Notes: a model not told the origin generated them from the letters alone. A DNA stretch of 63,871 bases, filler included, from Octopus bimaculoides (GCF_001194135.2; 6 parts of 6 records of this genome joined end to end with filler, not necessarily neighbours in it); one strand, 5' to 3'. Positions 12,412-26,490 are shown, numbered from the whole stretch's first letter. Program-made: numbers and translations.

Positions 12412-13132
12412 NNNNNNNNNNNNNNNNNNNNNNNNNNNNNNNNNNNNNNNNNNNNNNNNNNNNNNNNNNNNNNNNNNNNNNNNNNNNNNNNNNNNNNNNN
12501 NNNNNNNNNNNNNNNNNNNNNNNNNNNNNNNNNNNNNNNNNNNNNNNNNNNNNNNNNNNNNNNNNNNNNNNNNNNNNNNNNNNNNNNNNNNNNNNNNNNN
12601 NNNNNNNNNNNNNNNNNNNNNNNNNNNNNNNNNNNNNNNNNNNNNNNNNNNNNNNNNNNNNNNNNNNNNNNNNNNNNNNNNNNNNNNNNNNNNNNNNNNN
12701 NNNNNNNNNNNNNNNNNNNNNNNNNNNNNNNNNNNNNNNNNNNNNNNNNNNNNNNNNNNNNNNNNNNNNNNNNNNNNNNNNNNNNNNNNNNNNNNNNNNN
12801 NNNNNNNNNNNNNNNNNNNNNNNNNNNNNNNNNNNNNNNNNNNNNNNNNNNNNNNNNNNNNNNNNNNNNNNNNNNNNNNNNNNNNNNNNNNNNNNNNNNN
12901 NNNNNNNNNNNNNNNNNNNNNNNNNNNNNNNNNNNNNNNNNNNNNNNNNNNNNNNNNNNNNNNNNNNNNNNNNNNNNNNNNNNNNNNNNNNNNNNNNNNN
13001 NNNNNNNNNNNNNNNNNNNNNNNNNNNNNNNNNNNNNNNNNNNNNNNNNNNNNNNNNNNNNNNNNNNNNNNNNNNNNNNNNNNNNNNNNNNNNNNNNNNN
13101 NNNNNNNNNNNNNNNNNNNNNNNNNNNNNNNN

Positions 13133-13195
<63 letters not shown>

Positions 13196-13310
13196 CCTAA
13201 TTACAGATACACACACATATACATATGCATATATGTTTGTATGCACATATAGACACATACATAAGTATTATGTGGAGTATATGTAAACGTATGTATGCTC
13301 ATATATGTGC

Positions 13311-13341
<31 letters not shown>

Positions 13342-15193
13342 AATGTATATAAGTATATGCCTTTAAAAATATACATATGAGCCTGTGTATGTTTGAATGA
13401 AGATGTGTAAGCGTGCATGTTTGTATGTATATATATGTGTGTCTATACATATATATACATACAAACATGCATATTATATCTGGGTACAGATGTAATTGCA
13501 TTATCTAGGTATGCGCGTGTGCGTTTGTTTGTTCGCGTGTGCGTATGTGTGTGTGTGTGTATGTATCTACTATACACGTCAACTGATTTCTCGCATAGAT
13601 AAATATGAATATAGCTGTTCTTATTTCGTCTGTTTGACGAAATGACGCTCTACAAAATCATGTATGTCTTCTATACTTCCGGCAACATTCTGAACTTTTC
13701 ATTATGCTGGATATAATTAATTTCAATCTTTTGATTAGTTTTAACTATTTCAAATTTTAAACGAAGCAGAAATTTTTCAAATAGCAAACGTAGTCATGCG
13801 CGTGCACAATCTCCGAACTCAAACAAAATATACGAACTTTAAATATATAAATGATCAAACAAATGTTTATATAGAAAATATTATTCATATTCTTATATAC
13901 ACACAAACGAGTGTGTGTGTGTGTGTGTGTGTGTGTAAGCCTGCTAGGATGTGTCGGACTTCAATAATATAAGAGTTCTTATGACAAAATGCGTCGCTTG
14001 AGAAATTAAGAATTCGTAAAAACTTTGAGTGGAGATGCAAATCAAGAACTCTATATATGTATCTCAACAAGCATTGATCATTTTTTTCCCTTCCTTGTGA
14101 ATGTATGTGTGGTTAAGAAACTTACTTTCTAACTGGTCCCTCTGTGTTACACCTTCGGCAAGTATCTTCAACTGCTCAGAAGCAGCGAATTATCNNNNNN
14201 NNNNNNNNNNNNNNNNNNNNNNNNNNNNNNNNNNNNNNNNNNNNNNNNNNNNNNNNNNNNNNNNNNNNNNNNNNNNNNNNNNNNNNNNNNNNNNNNNNNN
14301 NNNNNNNNNNNNNNNNNNNNNNNNNNNNNNNNNNNNNNNNNNNNNNNNNNNNNNNNNNNNNNNNNNNNNNNNNNNNNNNNNNNNNNNNNNNNNNNNNNNN
14401 NNNNNNNNNNNNNNNNNNNNNNNNNNNNNNNNNNNNNNNNNNNNNNNNNNNNNNNNNNNNNNNNNNNNNNNNNNNNNNNNNNNNNNNNNNNNNNNNNNNN
14501 NNNNNNNNNNNNNNNNNNNNNNNNNNNNNNNNNNNNNNNNNNNNNNNNNNNNNNNNNNNNNNNNNNNNNNNNNNNNNNNNNNNNNNNNNNNNNNNNNNNN
14601 NNNNNNNNNNNNNNNNNNNNNNNNNNNNNNNNNNNNNNNNNNNNNNNNNNNNNNNNNNNNNNNNNNNNNNNNNNNNNNNNNTTTTAGGTATATTTTCAGT
14701 GCTATTATTTTCTTGTTGAAATCCTTCCCCTTTGTGTTTGTTTTCATATAGGATTTATTTCATGTACTCCATTAATGCATTAGTATTTCTAAAAGTGTGG
14801 AGGCGCGTGGCCTAGTGGTTAGGGTGATGTTAGTTATGGAGGTTGTAATTGTGTTGGTATTGGTGGCGTGGATGTGTGTAATTGTCAGATTTTATGTCTC
14901 GTTATCCAACCTATTGTTTTTTGTTTCTGCGATGACGATTTTTCTTTTTATTAGCACCGCCTTCTATTTATTATTGTTATTTCTGGTTTATTGTGTTTCT
15001 CTTTTTTTACGTTTCACCCATTTTAAAAGAACCCATTTTGGCGAGTCTTTCGACTTGACCTCGTTGCACAACGAATTTTCTAAGATTATAACAAAGAGGA
15101 AAGATAATTCCACACACATGCGTATGTCTGTTGACGAGGCGGCGACTGATATGGAAAGGCTTTCTATGATTCGCTGTGCTGTTAGCAATACTG

Positions 15194-15899
15194 GGATCTT
15201 TTTTAAAACGGGGGCCACATTTTTCATTAACGAAACACTTTGAAACTTGGAACACTGGTAGAATGTGTCATATAAAACATCTTTTTCTCTTAGTCTTCTT
15301 AAAAAAAAAGAAAACCATAAGTTATTCCATGTTGAAATTGTCGTATTTCTGTAATTTCAACCAATCACTGACGTCCATTAAGTGCCGACTACATAAACAA
15401 ACGATTCTGAAACAATTAACCCTAACCCTAACCTTAACCCTAACTCTAACCCTAACCCTAACCCTAACCCTAACCCTAGGGTTAGGGTTAGGGTTAGGGT
15501 TAGGGTTAGAGTTAGGGTTAAGGTTAGGNNNNNNNNNNNNNNNNNNNNNNNNNNNNNNNNNNNNNNNNNNNNNNNNNNNACCCTAGGGTTAGGGTTAGGG
15601 TTAGGGTTAAAGCAAATTTAAAATGAAAAAAGCAAATAAAACGAAGGTATGGAGTTTAATACGCTTTACATCGCTTAATCAGCCAAAGGAGTAAATATAA
15701 ACAACTGAATACTTGTCAGTGATTGGTTGAAATTATCGAAATAAGACAATTTTTTACATGAAATAAATTCGAATACAAAAATATTTTTCTGTTCTATAAC
15801 ACAAAATAGATAGGTATACGAAGTTTGAAAGTCTTTCCGTACCAAAAACACTACGTAAAACATTAATGAAAAATGTGGCCCCCGTTTTAAAACAGATCC
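15194..15899. mobile_element. Non-autonomous DNA transposon (Merlin-like MITE) with central inverted telomeric repeats
   Basis: 37-bp TIRs GGATCT(T/G)TTTTAAAACGGGGGCCACATTTTTCATTAA with 1 mismatch; exact 8-bp TSD CAATACTG (15186-15193, 15900-15907); internal IR TTCAACCAATCACTGAC. GG termini plus an 8-bp TSD fit Merlin (superfamily call is inference). Confidence 0.8.
15417..15610. repeat. Interstitial telomeric repeats (CCCTAA)n/(TTAGGG)n in inverted orientation
   Basis: Directly visible; palindrome centre CCCT|AGGG at 15477/15478. Confidence 0.95.
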
Positions 15900-16232
15900 C
15901 AATACTGTCCTTCTGGGCTGCGCTGGTAGTATTAAAACATACTAAGATATCTATATGGCCGACGCGGAAAATAACTAACAAATGAAAACAAGAACAATTT
16001 CGGTGAGCAAGATGATTGAACCTGAATATTAAATAATCTATTAATAGTTTGACTTGTCAAATTCACCATTGTCCTGTTTATATATTTTTCGCTTGGTTTA
16101 TAGTTTTTTTGTTTTTTTTTATGGTTGTTATTTTTGTTTTCATAAAATCGGACAGACCTACCGCAAACAAAGTATCATACTTCTATTAAACATTGGCTGC
16201 TATCATAGTTTTATGTTTGAACAATAAAGTCA

Positions 16233-16277
<45 letters not shown>

Positions 16278-16729
16278 NNNNNNNNNNNNNNNNNNNNNNN
16301 NNNNNNNNNNNNNNNNNNNNNNNNNNNNNNNNNNNNNNNNNNNNNNNNNNNNNNNNNNNNNNNNNNNNNNNNNNNNNNNNNNNNNNNNNNNNNNNNNNNN
16401 NNNNNNNNNNNNNNNNNNNNNNNNNNNNNNNNNNNNNNNNNNNNNNNNNNNNNNNNNNNNNNNNNNNNNNNNNNNNNNNNNNNNNNNNNNNNNNNNNNNN
16501 NNNNNNNNNNNNNNNNNNNNNNNNNNNNNNNNCAAAATGACAAAGGGTTAAAGACAAGTTGTCACAATCTACGAATAGATGGTTGCGTGTAATGAATTTC
16601 GCATGCCGTGATAACAGAGGCTATAAATGAATGTCCACAAGATAGAATGCTTGACTGATACACGATGAATTGGCCAGAGCACACTGATACAACATAAAAA
16701 GTTCAAAACTCAGCTGTGTTGTCATCACA

Positions 16730-16764
<35 letters not shown>

Positions 16765-17155
16765 CCTCACTCACTCTCTCCCCTCTCTTTCTCTCTCTCT
16801 CTCTCTGTCTCTCTCTCGCTCTCTCACCTGGTTATTGTTCCGCTTGTTTCGTGACATTAAAATAACCTGATTTATTTACGAAGATTTTGTTACATTTAAT
16901 TGCTTGTCTTGCATACGAACATAAGACAACCAACTCAACTTAAGATGTCATGTTTCCATGTAGTTTGTAATAGGCTGTATAGAAGCTTATATGATCGGAA
17001 TTGACCGGACAAATATTTCAAACTGACACTTAATTTTAGCAAACTATACACATACACGCGTGTGCTTGCACACCCATACACAGAAACACACAAACACACA
17101 CACACACATATATTTATGCACAAGTGTTTGCGTATGCATGTGTATGTATGCATGT

Positions 17156-17202
<47 letters not shown>

Positions 17203-18407
17203 TAGACATATATGTTTATACATGCAAATATATATGCATATATACATATGTACATGCATATATATATATATGCATACACACGCAGACACACACATACACA
17301 TACACACACACAGAGACACACAGAGACACACATACACGCGCGCGCGCGTGATATGCTCTCAGGAAATAGGGCTGTACACTGAGCCTTCCCAGGATCTCCT
17401 AGACTGATGAGACTGACGCGATTAAAGTTCCTCTAGAAAAATTTGCATATTGACTAATGGCTACTAAAAGAAACGTGTACAGAGAAAATTCCAAGAGGCC
17501 GACGTTCTGGGAAGAAAAAATAAATATTGTGATTAATGTGAGGTCTGTGTCGCGACAAAATAAGAGTGACAACTATTTGTGAGTATTACACCTTGAGATA
17601 GAAGCCATAGCTGGCCTCGTAACAGTCCAACTTAATATATATTTCCCAGTCGAGCGAGAGTTTTTTTTTTTTTTNNNNNNNNNNGGAGGATGTTCAAAAC
17701 ATTAATACTAAGAATAATAAATTGGCAAAAATTGCAGTTAATTGGACGAAGTATGTAGTTTTGTCTCACTATATTTGTAATTCAGATATAACAGGTACCA
17801 ATTTTTTGTTTCACCATCTCTAGGATCGTCGTGGTAAGACACGCAAGCATATTAAATTTTAAATCAAACTGGGGATGATACATTTTATGAAGAGACTATT
17901 GTTTAAATAACGCAATGTACTTAGTTGCTGCATATTTGTTTAATCTATACCCTGGAGTATTAAAATCAAAATCTACTTGGCTGATTTTGAATTTTGAAAA
18001 TTAGGTTAAATGTTGAAGGACGACTGCGAGGCATTTTACGTGATTATCTACCAATTTTACCATCTGCTGCTCTAATTATAATGAAATATATTGTCGTAGA
18101 TTACAAAATTTCTGTGGAAATTTTCTTACTCAAATAAAATAAACATTTGTCTTGCTGCGAACTTTGCAAATTTAACGGAGATTGTCAATGTTTGGCAATC
18201 GAACTTGCAATGTGGTTTTTATGTCTAGCTCAAAACCAGTTCATTTCACTTACACAAGAAGCTTATTAATATCAAAGCATCCGGTTTATCATTCTCTGAT
18301 TATCCACTTGTCTCATGAAAAACGGTGACACGACAATATTTAATAGAATCTACTGTAGCAAAAAGGTAGTTAGAAGTTAGCCAATGAAAACTATAGTTTT
18401 AATAAAA

Positions 18408-18799
18408 TTGTTGTTGTTGTTGGCACTCCGTCGCTTACGACGTGGAGGGTTCCAGTTGATCCGATCGACGGAACAGCCTGCTCGTGAAATTAACGTGCAA
18501 GTGGCTGAGCACTCCACAGATACGTGTACCCTTAACGTAGTTCTCGGAGATATTCAGCGTGACACAGTGTGACAAGGCTGACCCTTTGAATTGCAGGCAC
18601 AACAGAAACAGGAAGTAAGAGTGAGAGAAAGTTGTGGTGAAAGAGTACAGCAGGGTTCGCCACCATCCCCTGCCGGAGCCTCGTGGAGCTTTAGGTGTTT
18701 TCGCTCAATAAACACTCACAACGCCCGGTCTGGGAATCGAAACCGCGATCCTATGACCGCGAGTCTGCTGCCCTAACCACTGGGTCATTGCGCCTCCAC
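18408..18799 (-). mobile_element. tRNA-derived SINE family D with (CAA)n tail
   Basis: Minus strand begins GTGGAGGCGCAATGACCCAGTGGTTAGGGCAGCAGACTCGCGGTCATAGGATCGCGGTTTCGATTCCC (A and B boxes, tRNA-like) and ends in ACAACAACAA. Confidence 0.8.
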
Positions 18800-19459
18800 G
18801 CTTTAATAAAATATCCACCTGGTATCAATTTATATATAATCAGCTGGAAGTAACGAAAATAAAGTTGCTTAAAAAGTCACAGTAATGTTATGTGGCAAAA
18901 AGACTTCCGTTTTTATGTACATTATGAATTTTAACGTAGTTTGAACTAATTTTCTAGATATTACACTACATTACATTTCATCTTAAGTAAGAAATATTCT
19001 TATAGGAAATCCACTAAGGAAATGTCGTGTGTGTGTGCGTTTATATCACATACACACACATATATATCCATAATGAATCCAATGATTCTTCCACCTTGTC
19101 AAAAATTACACCTCACTAAATCTATTCCTTAGTAGATAAAGTAAAAACAATAGATTTAGTAAAAGAAATTTAATTTGTAAGGGGAGCCCTACCACCTTAA
19201 AAAGAAGGAGAACCAGTAGACGAAATTAATCTAATTCCCTACGCCGATTTAAACGCCACTGCAAATATTGTAACGAACTTTCTATGTGCAAGGCCCCGGA
19301 TTCCGACTGCACATAAATATCAGAAAATTTGTTAATGCACATAATGTTAGGATTTGCCATTCTTACTTAGACTACGTCATTCTATAACTGAAAGTATAAT
19401 TTCTCCCACAACTTACTCTAGATTTTCATGTACAATTTCTTGCTGATAAGATATATATA

Positions 19460-20350
19460 TTAGGTCTGATCAATGAGTAGCCGGCCTGTTGCCATAGTAA
19501 CGAAGTTAAAGTATGCAGCGTGAAGCTGCCTGGAAGAGATTGAACTCGACCTTTTCTGTGCATACGCATCAAGTTTTAACGTTCTATCTCACTTCTGCTG
19601 TTTACAGCAGTGCTTGGAAAGAAGGTGTGTAGCATGTGATCGTCGCATTGATTATGACAGAGAAAGTTATTATGGCGACACCCACTCAGTGGCCTACGCA
19701 AAGTTACAGAAAGTGTATGGAGAGGAGTATATGAGCCGCACACAAGTGTACGAGTGGTTCAGACAGTTCCATGATTGCCGAAAAATTGTTGATAGTGACG
19801 AACGTTCTAGGAGACCCGCAGCCAGCAGAACTGAAAAAACATCGCTGATGTGTTAGCGGCTGTGAGAGGAAATCGTCGTATCACCATCAGTGCGTTATCA
19901 GAGAATGTGCAGATTAGTTACGGTTCAGTTTAGTCCATTATCACTGAAGAATTGCGTATGAGACGCGTGTCTGCCAAGTTTATGCCAAAACTGCTTTCAG
20001 CTGACCAAAAAGACACTCAGGTTTCAGTTGCACAAGATCTCCTTCACTGTGTCGAGAACGATGGAAACTTTCTGAAAACTTTGTGTAGGCCTCTTAGCAG
20101 GTATCGGCTAGCTTTTGGCAAAATTTGATGCAGGCTCTCTGCTCAGCTTCTGCCATGGTCAATTCGACAATCACACGCTACTCACCTTCCTTCCAAGCAC
20201 TGCTGTAAACAGCGGAAGTGAGCTGGAACGTTAAAAGTTAGTGAGCATGCATAGCAGATTTCAAGGTCAATTTGTGGCAGGCGGCTTTACCCTGCATTCT
20301 TCAGCTTCGTTACTATGGCAACAGTCCGGATACTTATTCATCAGACCACG
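19460..20350 (+). mobile_element. Internally deleted mariner element (HTH region retained, DDD catalytic domain lost)
   Basis: ~45-bp imperfect TIRs (GGTCTGAT...GTTGCCATAGTAACGAAG), TA flanks; broken frame AYAKLQKVYGEEYMSRTQVYEWFRQF...SRRP...NRRITI...AKFMPKLLSADQK typical of mariner transposases. Confidence 0.9.
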
Positions 20351-21572
20351 TATATATATNNNNNNNNNNNNNNNNNNNNNNNNNNNNNNNNNNNNNNNNN
20401 NNNNNNNNNNNNNNNNNNNNNNNNNNNNNNNNNNNNNNNNNNNNNNNNNNNNNNNNNNNNNNNNNNNNNNNNNNNNNNNNNNNNNNNNNNNNNNNNNNNN
20501 NNNNNNNNNNNNNNNNNNNNNNNNNNNNNNNNNNNNNNNNNNNNNNNNNNNNNNNNNNNNNNNNNNNNNNNNNNNNNNNNNNNNNNNNNNNNNNNNNNNN
20601 NNNNNNNNNNNNNNNNNNNNNNNNNNACACATATCTTATTTTTCGTCCTTTTTTCTATTGCACTTACCCTCATACGTTTATCACGGAACCTGCTTTCTCC
20701 ATTGTACATTTGTGCTGAATGTTTGCTGTTATAAATGTTTCGGTTTTTGTTACTTTCTATGTATTTATCTATAATTCTCTGTCCAACTATCTATTTTATT
20801 TCCCACTCCCTTTTCTTGTTTCTTTTCTCTTTCGTCCCTCGCATTTATATTCACACAGAAAAAAAAACTACATATAGCTGTACAACGGTAAACGCACGGA
20901 CATTTACTGTGATATTCATATGCCCTAACAACCGTACGCACCCACATACACATATTCAGGTTCATTTACCATTTCAAGTAGACACTTTGAAACACTTACA
21001 CACGCACGCAATTTAATACATACGTATATATACACATATTTTCACACAAATACACACGCAACCGAGCTAAATGTGCTGTTAAGCAAGTCGATAGTCGTGC
21101 AAATACAATAGATCGATTCAAATCATTTGGTTTTACTTTGCGGTCGATATACACTAAACGCATCAGTACATTTTATTGAGAGCGCACACAAGCCAATCTG
21201 AATGCATTATAAGAACAGCAGTAGCATCAGCACCAGTGGTGGTAACATGATCAGTAACATTGCATTCCTATGATATTATAATCGGGAATGGAAGCAAAAG
21301 GAACATTAGTGTTTGCAACACATTCAAATTCGTCGACAGGAACATCCCAAATTTGTGTGAATAGATGTTGAAAACTTATAGAAAGGCGTTAAGTCGTAGA
21401 GATATCAGATTGAACACAAATTATATGGACACACATACTCATAAACACATCCACACGTAGATACTTATATTATGTATATGCATTTCTATGTTTGTATGTA
21501 TATACATATATGTGTTTGTATACATATGTGTGTGAACATGTTTATATGTATAAATATACATACATATATATG

Positions 21573-21675
<103 letters not shown>

Positions 21676-22013
21676 NNNNNNNNNNNNNNNNNNNNNNNNN
21701 NNNNNNNNNNNNNNNNNNNNNNNNNNNNNNNNNNNNNNNNNNNNNNNNNNNNNNNNNNNNNNNNNNNNNNNNNNNNNNNNNNNNNNNNNNNNNNNNNNNN
21801 NNNNNNNNNNNNNNNNNNNNNNNNNNNNNNNNNNNNNNNNNNNNNNNNNNNNNNNNNNNNNNNNNNNNNNNNNNNNNNNNNNNNNNNNNNNNNNNNNNNN
21901 NNNNNNNNNNNNNNNNNNNNNNNNNNNNNNNNNNNNNNNNNNNNNNNNNNNNNNNNNNNNNNNNNNNNNNNNNNNNNNNNNNNNNNNNNNNNNNNNNNNN
22001 NNNNNNNNNNNNN

Positions 22014-22070
<57 letters not shown>

Positions 22071-22562
22071 TGTATCACCATATGAGTATATGTATAAAAA
22101 TATATGTATGCATGTATGTATAAATGTATGTATATATATGTGTATATATATATACCAACATATGTTTATATGTATACATTTATATGTATGCATGAATGTG
22201 TGTATGTATGTATGGATGAATGGGTGCATGCATGCATGCATGCATGCATGTATGTATGTATGTGTGTATGTACTTTCACTTGCTTACATACTTGAACAGT
22301 AACTAATCTGAGTAGCCTGTATCGATTTCTAAAGTTAAGTAATATCCTTTGCGAGCAAATTCGTATATCTACATAAAATACCCGAGTAATTACATACGCA
22401 AGCACAAACACAAACGCACACAACTGCAGTTAGTATCGCAGATAGATGGACATTTCCCCCAAACATATGTATACACATGCACCGGCTTATATACATATGC
22501 CAAAACATTAGTTCATAACACGGAGATAAACGTTTAAGAGGGGATGAAAATGTATACAGTAA

Positions 22563-22599
<37 letters not shown>

Positions 22600-22705
22600 T
22601 TTCATTAAACCAAGCTCATACAGATAACATATGTATGTGTATACATGAATATCTGTTAGAAATGCTTATTCTTGGAAAAGGGTTATATTATCTAAGTGTC
22701 AACGC

Positions 22706-22736
<31 letters not shown>

Positions 22737-24140
22737 NNNNNNNNNNNNNNNNNNNNNNNNNNNNNNNNNNNNNNNNNNNNNNNNNNNNNNNNNNNNNNNN
22801 NNNNNNNNNNNNNNNNNNNNNNNNNNNNNNNNNNNNNNNNNNNNNNNNNNNNNNNNNNNNNNNNNNNNNNNNNNNNNNNNNNNNNNNNNNNNNNNNNNNN
22901 NNNNNNNNNNNNNNNNNNNNNNNNNNNNNNNNNNNNNNNNNNNNNNNNNNNNNNNNNNNNNNNNNNNNNNNNNNNNNNNNNNNNNNNNNNNNNNNNNNNN
23001 NNNNNNNNNNNNNNNNNNNNNNNNNNNNNNNNNNNNNNNNNNNNNNNNNNNNNNNNNNNNNNNNNNNNNNNNNNNNNNNNNNNNNNNNNNNNNNNNNNNN
23101 NNNNNNNNNNNNNNNNNNNNNNNNNNNNNNNNNNNNNNNNNNNNNNNNNNNNNNNNNNNNNNNNNNNNNNNNNNNNNNNNNNNNNNNNNNNNATATATAT
23201 GTATATATATGTATGTATTTTTATATCAGTGTATACATTAAATATATATGCGTGTTTGTGTGTATTTATATACATATACATATATACACATAAATATATA
23301 TGTATGTGTATAGGTACATACACATATACATAGGCATATATGTACACACGCACATGTATATATGTATGTGTCAGTGTGTGTGTGTGTGTGCGCGCGCGTT
23401 CGCGCTGTGTGTATGTGTGTTAATAGATGACTGTGCTTACGCATGTGTATGTAAGGAATGTATGTATGCATATAGGTAGGTAGGTAGGTAGGTCGGTGGG
23501 TAGGTACGGACGTACGTATATATTCGTATGTGCGTACGTTTGTATGTGTGTATGTATGTATGTACTTATTCTTGTATATATATATAAACTATGTATATAT
23601 GTATCTCTGAAAGGAAACAGCCATCTATAGCAATTTATTTGTGTATCAGTTTAGAAGCTCACCATTTATAAACGGGACATGATTTTTATCCTTGTAATAT
23701 AGATTCTCAGCCCCACGTACACAATACCTGTACACCTCCTTTACACCTGTACATGCACACTTTGACACAAAAACACTGTACATTCACTAAAAGTATTCAG
23801 TTTCGTATATAAAAAAATTTAGCACATCATGACGTACAAAGATTTCTAGGAAATACGTTTTACTTGTATATCGTTGTATACATTTTCCAGTTCGAAACAT
23901 GTTAACGATGGATATTCAATCGATACACAATGCAATGCATATGTACGCATACTTGTTTATGCCTACATGCACACGCTTACACACGCCACACTCACTAACT
24001 CACACACATGCATGTACGCACGTACACACACCTCTATACACACACACATACACACATATATATTGTTGCTATTATGTTAAACGGTTGTATGTCCAAATTC
24101 GGCCAAATGCGGGGTGGGGGTTTCAATATTTAATTTTACT

Positions 24141-24354
24141 AAGGCGGTGCGCTGGCAGAAACGTTAGCGCGTTGGGCGAAATGCTTAGCGGCATTTCGTC
24201 TGTCTTTACGCTCTGAGTTCAAATTCCGTCGAGGTTGACTTTGCCTTTCATCCTTTCGGAGTCGATAAATTAAGTAACAGTTGAGTATTAGGGTCGATCT
24301 AATCGACAGGCTCCCTTCCTCAAAATTTCGGGCCATATGCCTTGAGTAGAAAAG
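24141..24354 (+). mobile_element. SINE family A (Deu/Nin-type) with target-site duplication
   Basis: Full-length copy flanked by AATATTTAATTTT(A/G)CT at 24125-24140 and 24355-24370. Confidence 0.85.
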
Positions 24355-24679
24355 AATATTTAATTTTGCTTGCAATAGCTGGTACTTTTGGTCAAACTAT
24401 CGTATCTCCAGCTTCTTCAGATGAAAATTGTCCAAGTGTAGTACAACAGTTTAGCATTTCTCAAAAGTATAATAAGTCCGACATACGACAGTTTTGCAAA
24501 CATATTTCTGACTCAAAATATCATACATGCATGGAGTTACGATTTTATGCACCCAACAAAGTATTATTGTTAAGCTGAAACTGTTGCTAATGTAAAAAGA
24601 AACGGAATGGAGAAACTATTTTTCCGTTTTCTGAAAAAGCAACGTTTTGGACTAATGGCACTTTTGCATAATAGCAACG

Positions 24680-24727
<48 letters not shown>

Positions 24728-24750
24728 NNNNNNNNNNNNNNNNNNNNNNN

Positions 24751-24792
<42 letters not shown>

Positions 24793-24793
<1 letters not shown>

Positions 24794-25098
24794 TGAAGGC
24801 GCATGGCTCAGTAGTTAGAGCGTCGAGCTTACGATCGTGAGATTGTGAGTTCGAATCCTGGACCAGGCTGAGCAAGACACTTCATTTCATGTTGCTCCTG
24901 TTCACTCAGCTGTAGAAATGAGCTGCAATGTCACAGGTTCCAAGCTGTATCGGCCTTTACCTTCTTCCCCTTGGATAACACTGGTGGCGTGGAGAGGGGA
25001 GGCTGGTATGCATGGGCGAGTGCTGGTCTTCCATAAACAGCCTTGCCCGGACTTGTGCCTGGAAGGGTAACTTTCTAGGTGCAATCCCATGGTCAGTC
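24793..25098 (+). mobile_element. SINE family C
   Basis: GTGAAGGCGCATGGCTCAGTAGTTAGAGCG...GAGTTCGAATCC head; body as at 7348. Confidence 0.85.
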
Positions 25099-25119
25099 TT
25101 CTTTAATTTTCCCTATTTC

Positions 25120-25285
25120 ATGAAATCATTAATCAAATGTTGCATTTGGGAACCAACTCACGGAAAGCGGCGTAGGGGTCGTCTTGCCAGGACATTTATT
25201 GACCATCTGGTCGTAAATTTTGATCTGCTGATGAATGGTAATTCAGGAGACATGAGACTAATCGTGTTTGTCTATAGACAACGCG
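25120..25285 (+). mobile_element. LINE 3' fragment (RTE-X-like)
   Basis: WEPTHGKRRRGRLARTFIDHL resembles the C-terminal motif of RTE/RTE-X ORFs. Confidence 0.5.
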
Positions 25286-25557
25286 GTAGGTAGGTAGGTA
25301 GGTAGGTAGTAGTNNNNNNNNNNNNNNNNNNNNNNNNNNNNNNNNNNNNNNNNNNNNNNNNNNNNNNNNNNNNNNNNNNNNNNNNNNNNNNNNNNNNNNN
25401 NNNNNNNNNNNNNNNNNNNNNNNNNNNNNNNNNNNNNNNNNNNNNNNNNNNNNNNNNNNNNNNNNNNNNNNNNNNNNNNNNNNNNNNNNNNNNNNNNNNN
25501 NNNNNNNNNNNNNNNNNNNNNNNNNNNNNNNNNNNNNNNNNNNNNNNNNNNNNNNNN

Positions 25558-25594
<37 letters not shown>

Positions 25595-26399
25595 CAAATA
25601 AAAGGGTAAAGGAATATTTTCACGTGCGCAAAATAGAAATATTTTGCCTCCCACTTTAATTAATTTAATTATGTAAATCGATTAGGAAATTACCAATAAA
25701 TAAAATACGGTCAACTATTATCATTTCTGTAACTCCCGGCATTTTTACTTTTTACTTTTTACTTGACCTAACCAAAATACTCCAACAGTTATTACATATT
25801 CAACTTACGCCGGTAGTAGCCTTCCATCCCACCCCCGTATATAGGCGTATACCACTAATAATTATCACTATTCTAATAGTATAACTAAATTTTTCAGTCG
25901 GTCGAAATGTTTTCAGAGGGATTGCATGTAAGATCAACGGCATATCCTTATTTTCTCTTTTTCTCTTTCTTTTTCTTTATTTCCGCTCTGATGAATTTGC
26001 ACCATTTAAGTTGGTATAATTATTTACCGTGTTAATAATTATTATTATTGTAATAATTAAGCCTGATCGTGCCCAAAATAGCGCGAACAGAAACAGCTGT
26101 TAGATGAGACATTGTCTTTTTGTAATCAATAAATAATAATTTTTTATCAGTTATCAATTTTATCTCTTATTTTTCCTTAAATATAAACTTCGGTTTATTC
26201 CTTTCCTTACCTATCATTTATGAGCATTAATACTAATACTAATAATCACATATAGGTAATACACCAGTAATTCATTGGATATAAATATGCCTTAGACTGT
26301 TTTTATAACGTCTAATTGAACTCATATATATACATATATATACACACATATATACATATATATACATATATATATATATACACATATACATATAAATAC

Positions 26400-26446
<47 letters not shown>

Positions 26447-26490
26447 NNNNNNNNNNNNNNNNNNNNNNNNNNNNNNNNNNNNNNNNNNNN

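Noticed and set aside
14125-14190. Candidate minus-strand exon before GTAAGT
   Set aside because: Short, abuts a gap, and the peptide is not identifiable.
15417-15610. Chromosome end-to-end fusion site
   Set aside because: Variant units are mirrored exactly, and the tract lies inside a TIR- and TSD-bounded element, favouring fold-back within a transposon.
17395-17445. Hammerhead-like CTAGA-CTGATGAG...TCTAG
   Set aside because: No GAAA, no stem II and no NUH in a workable position.
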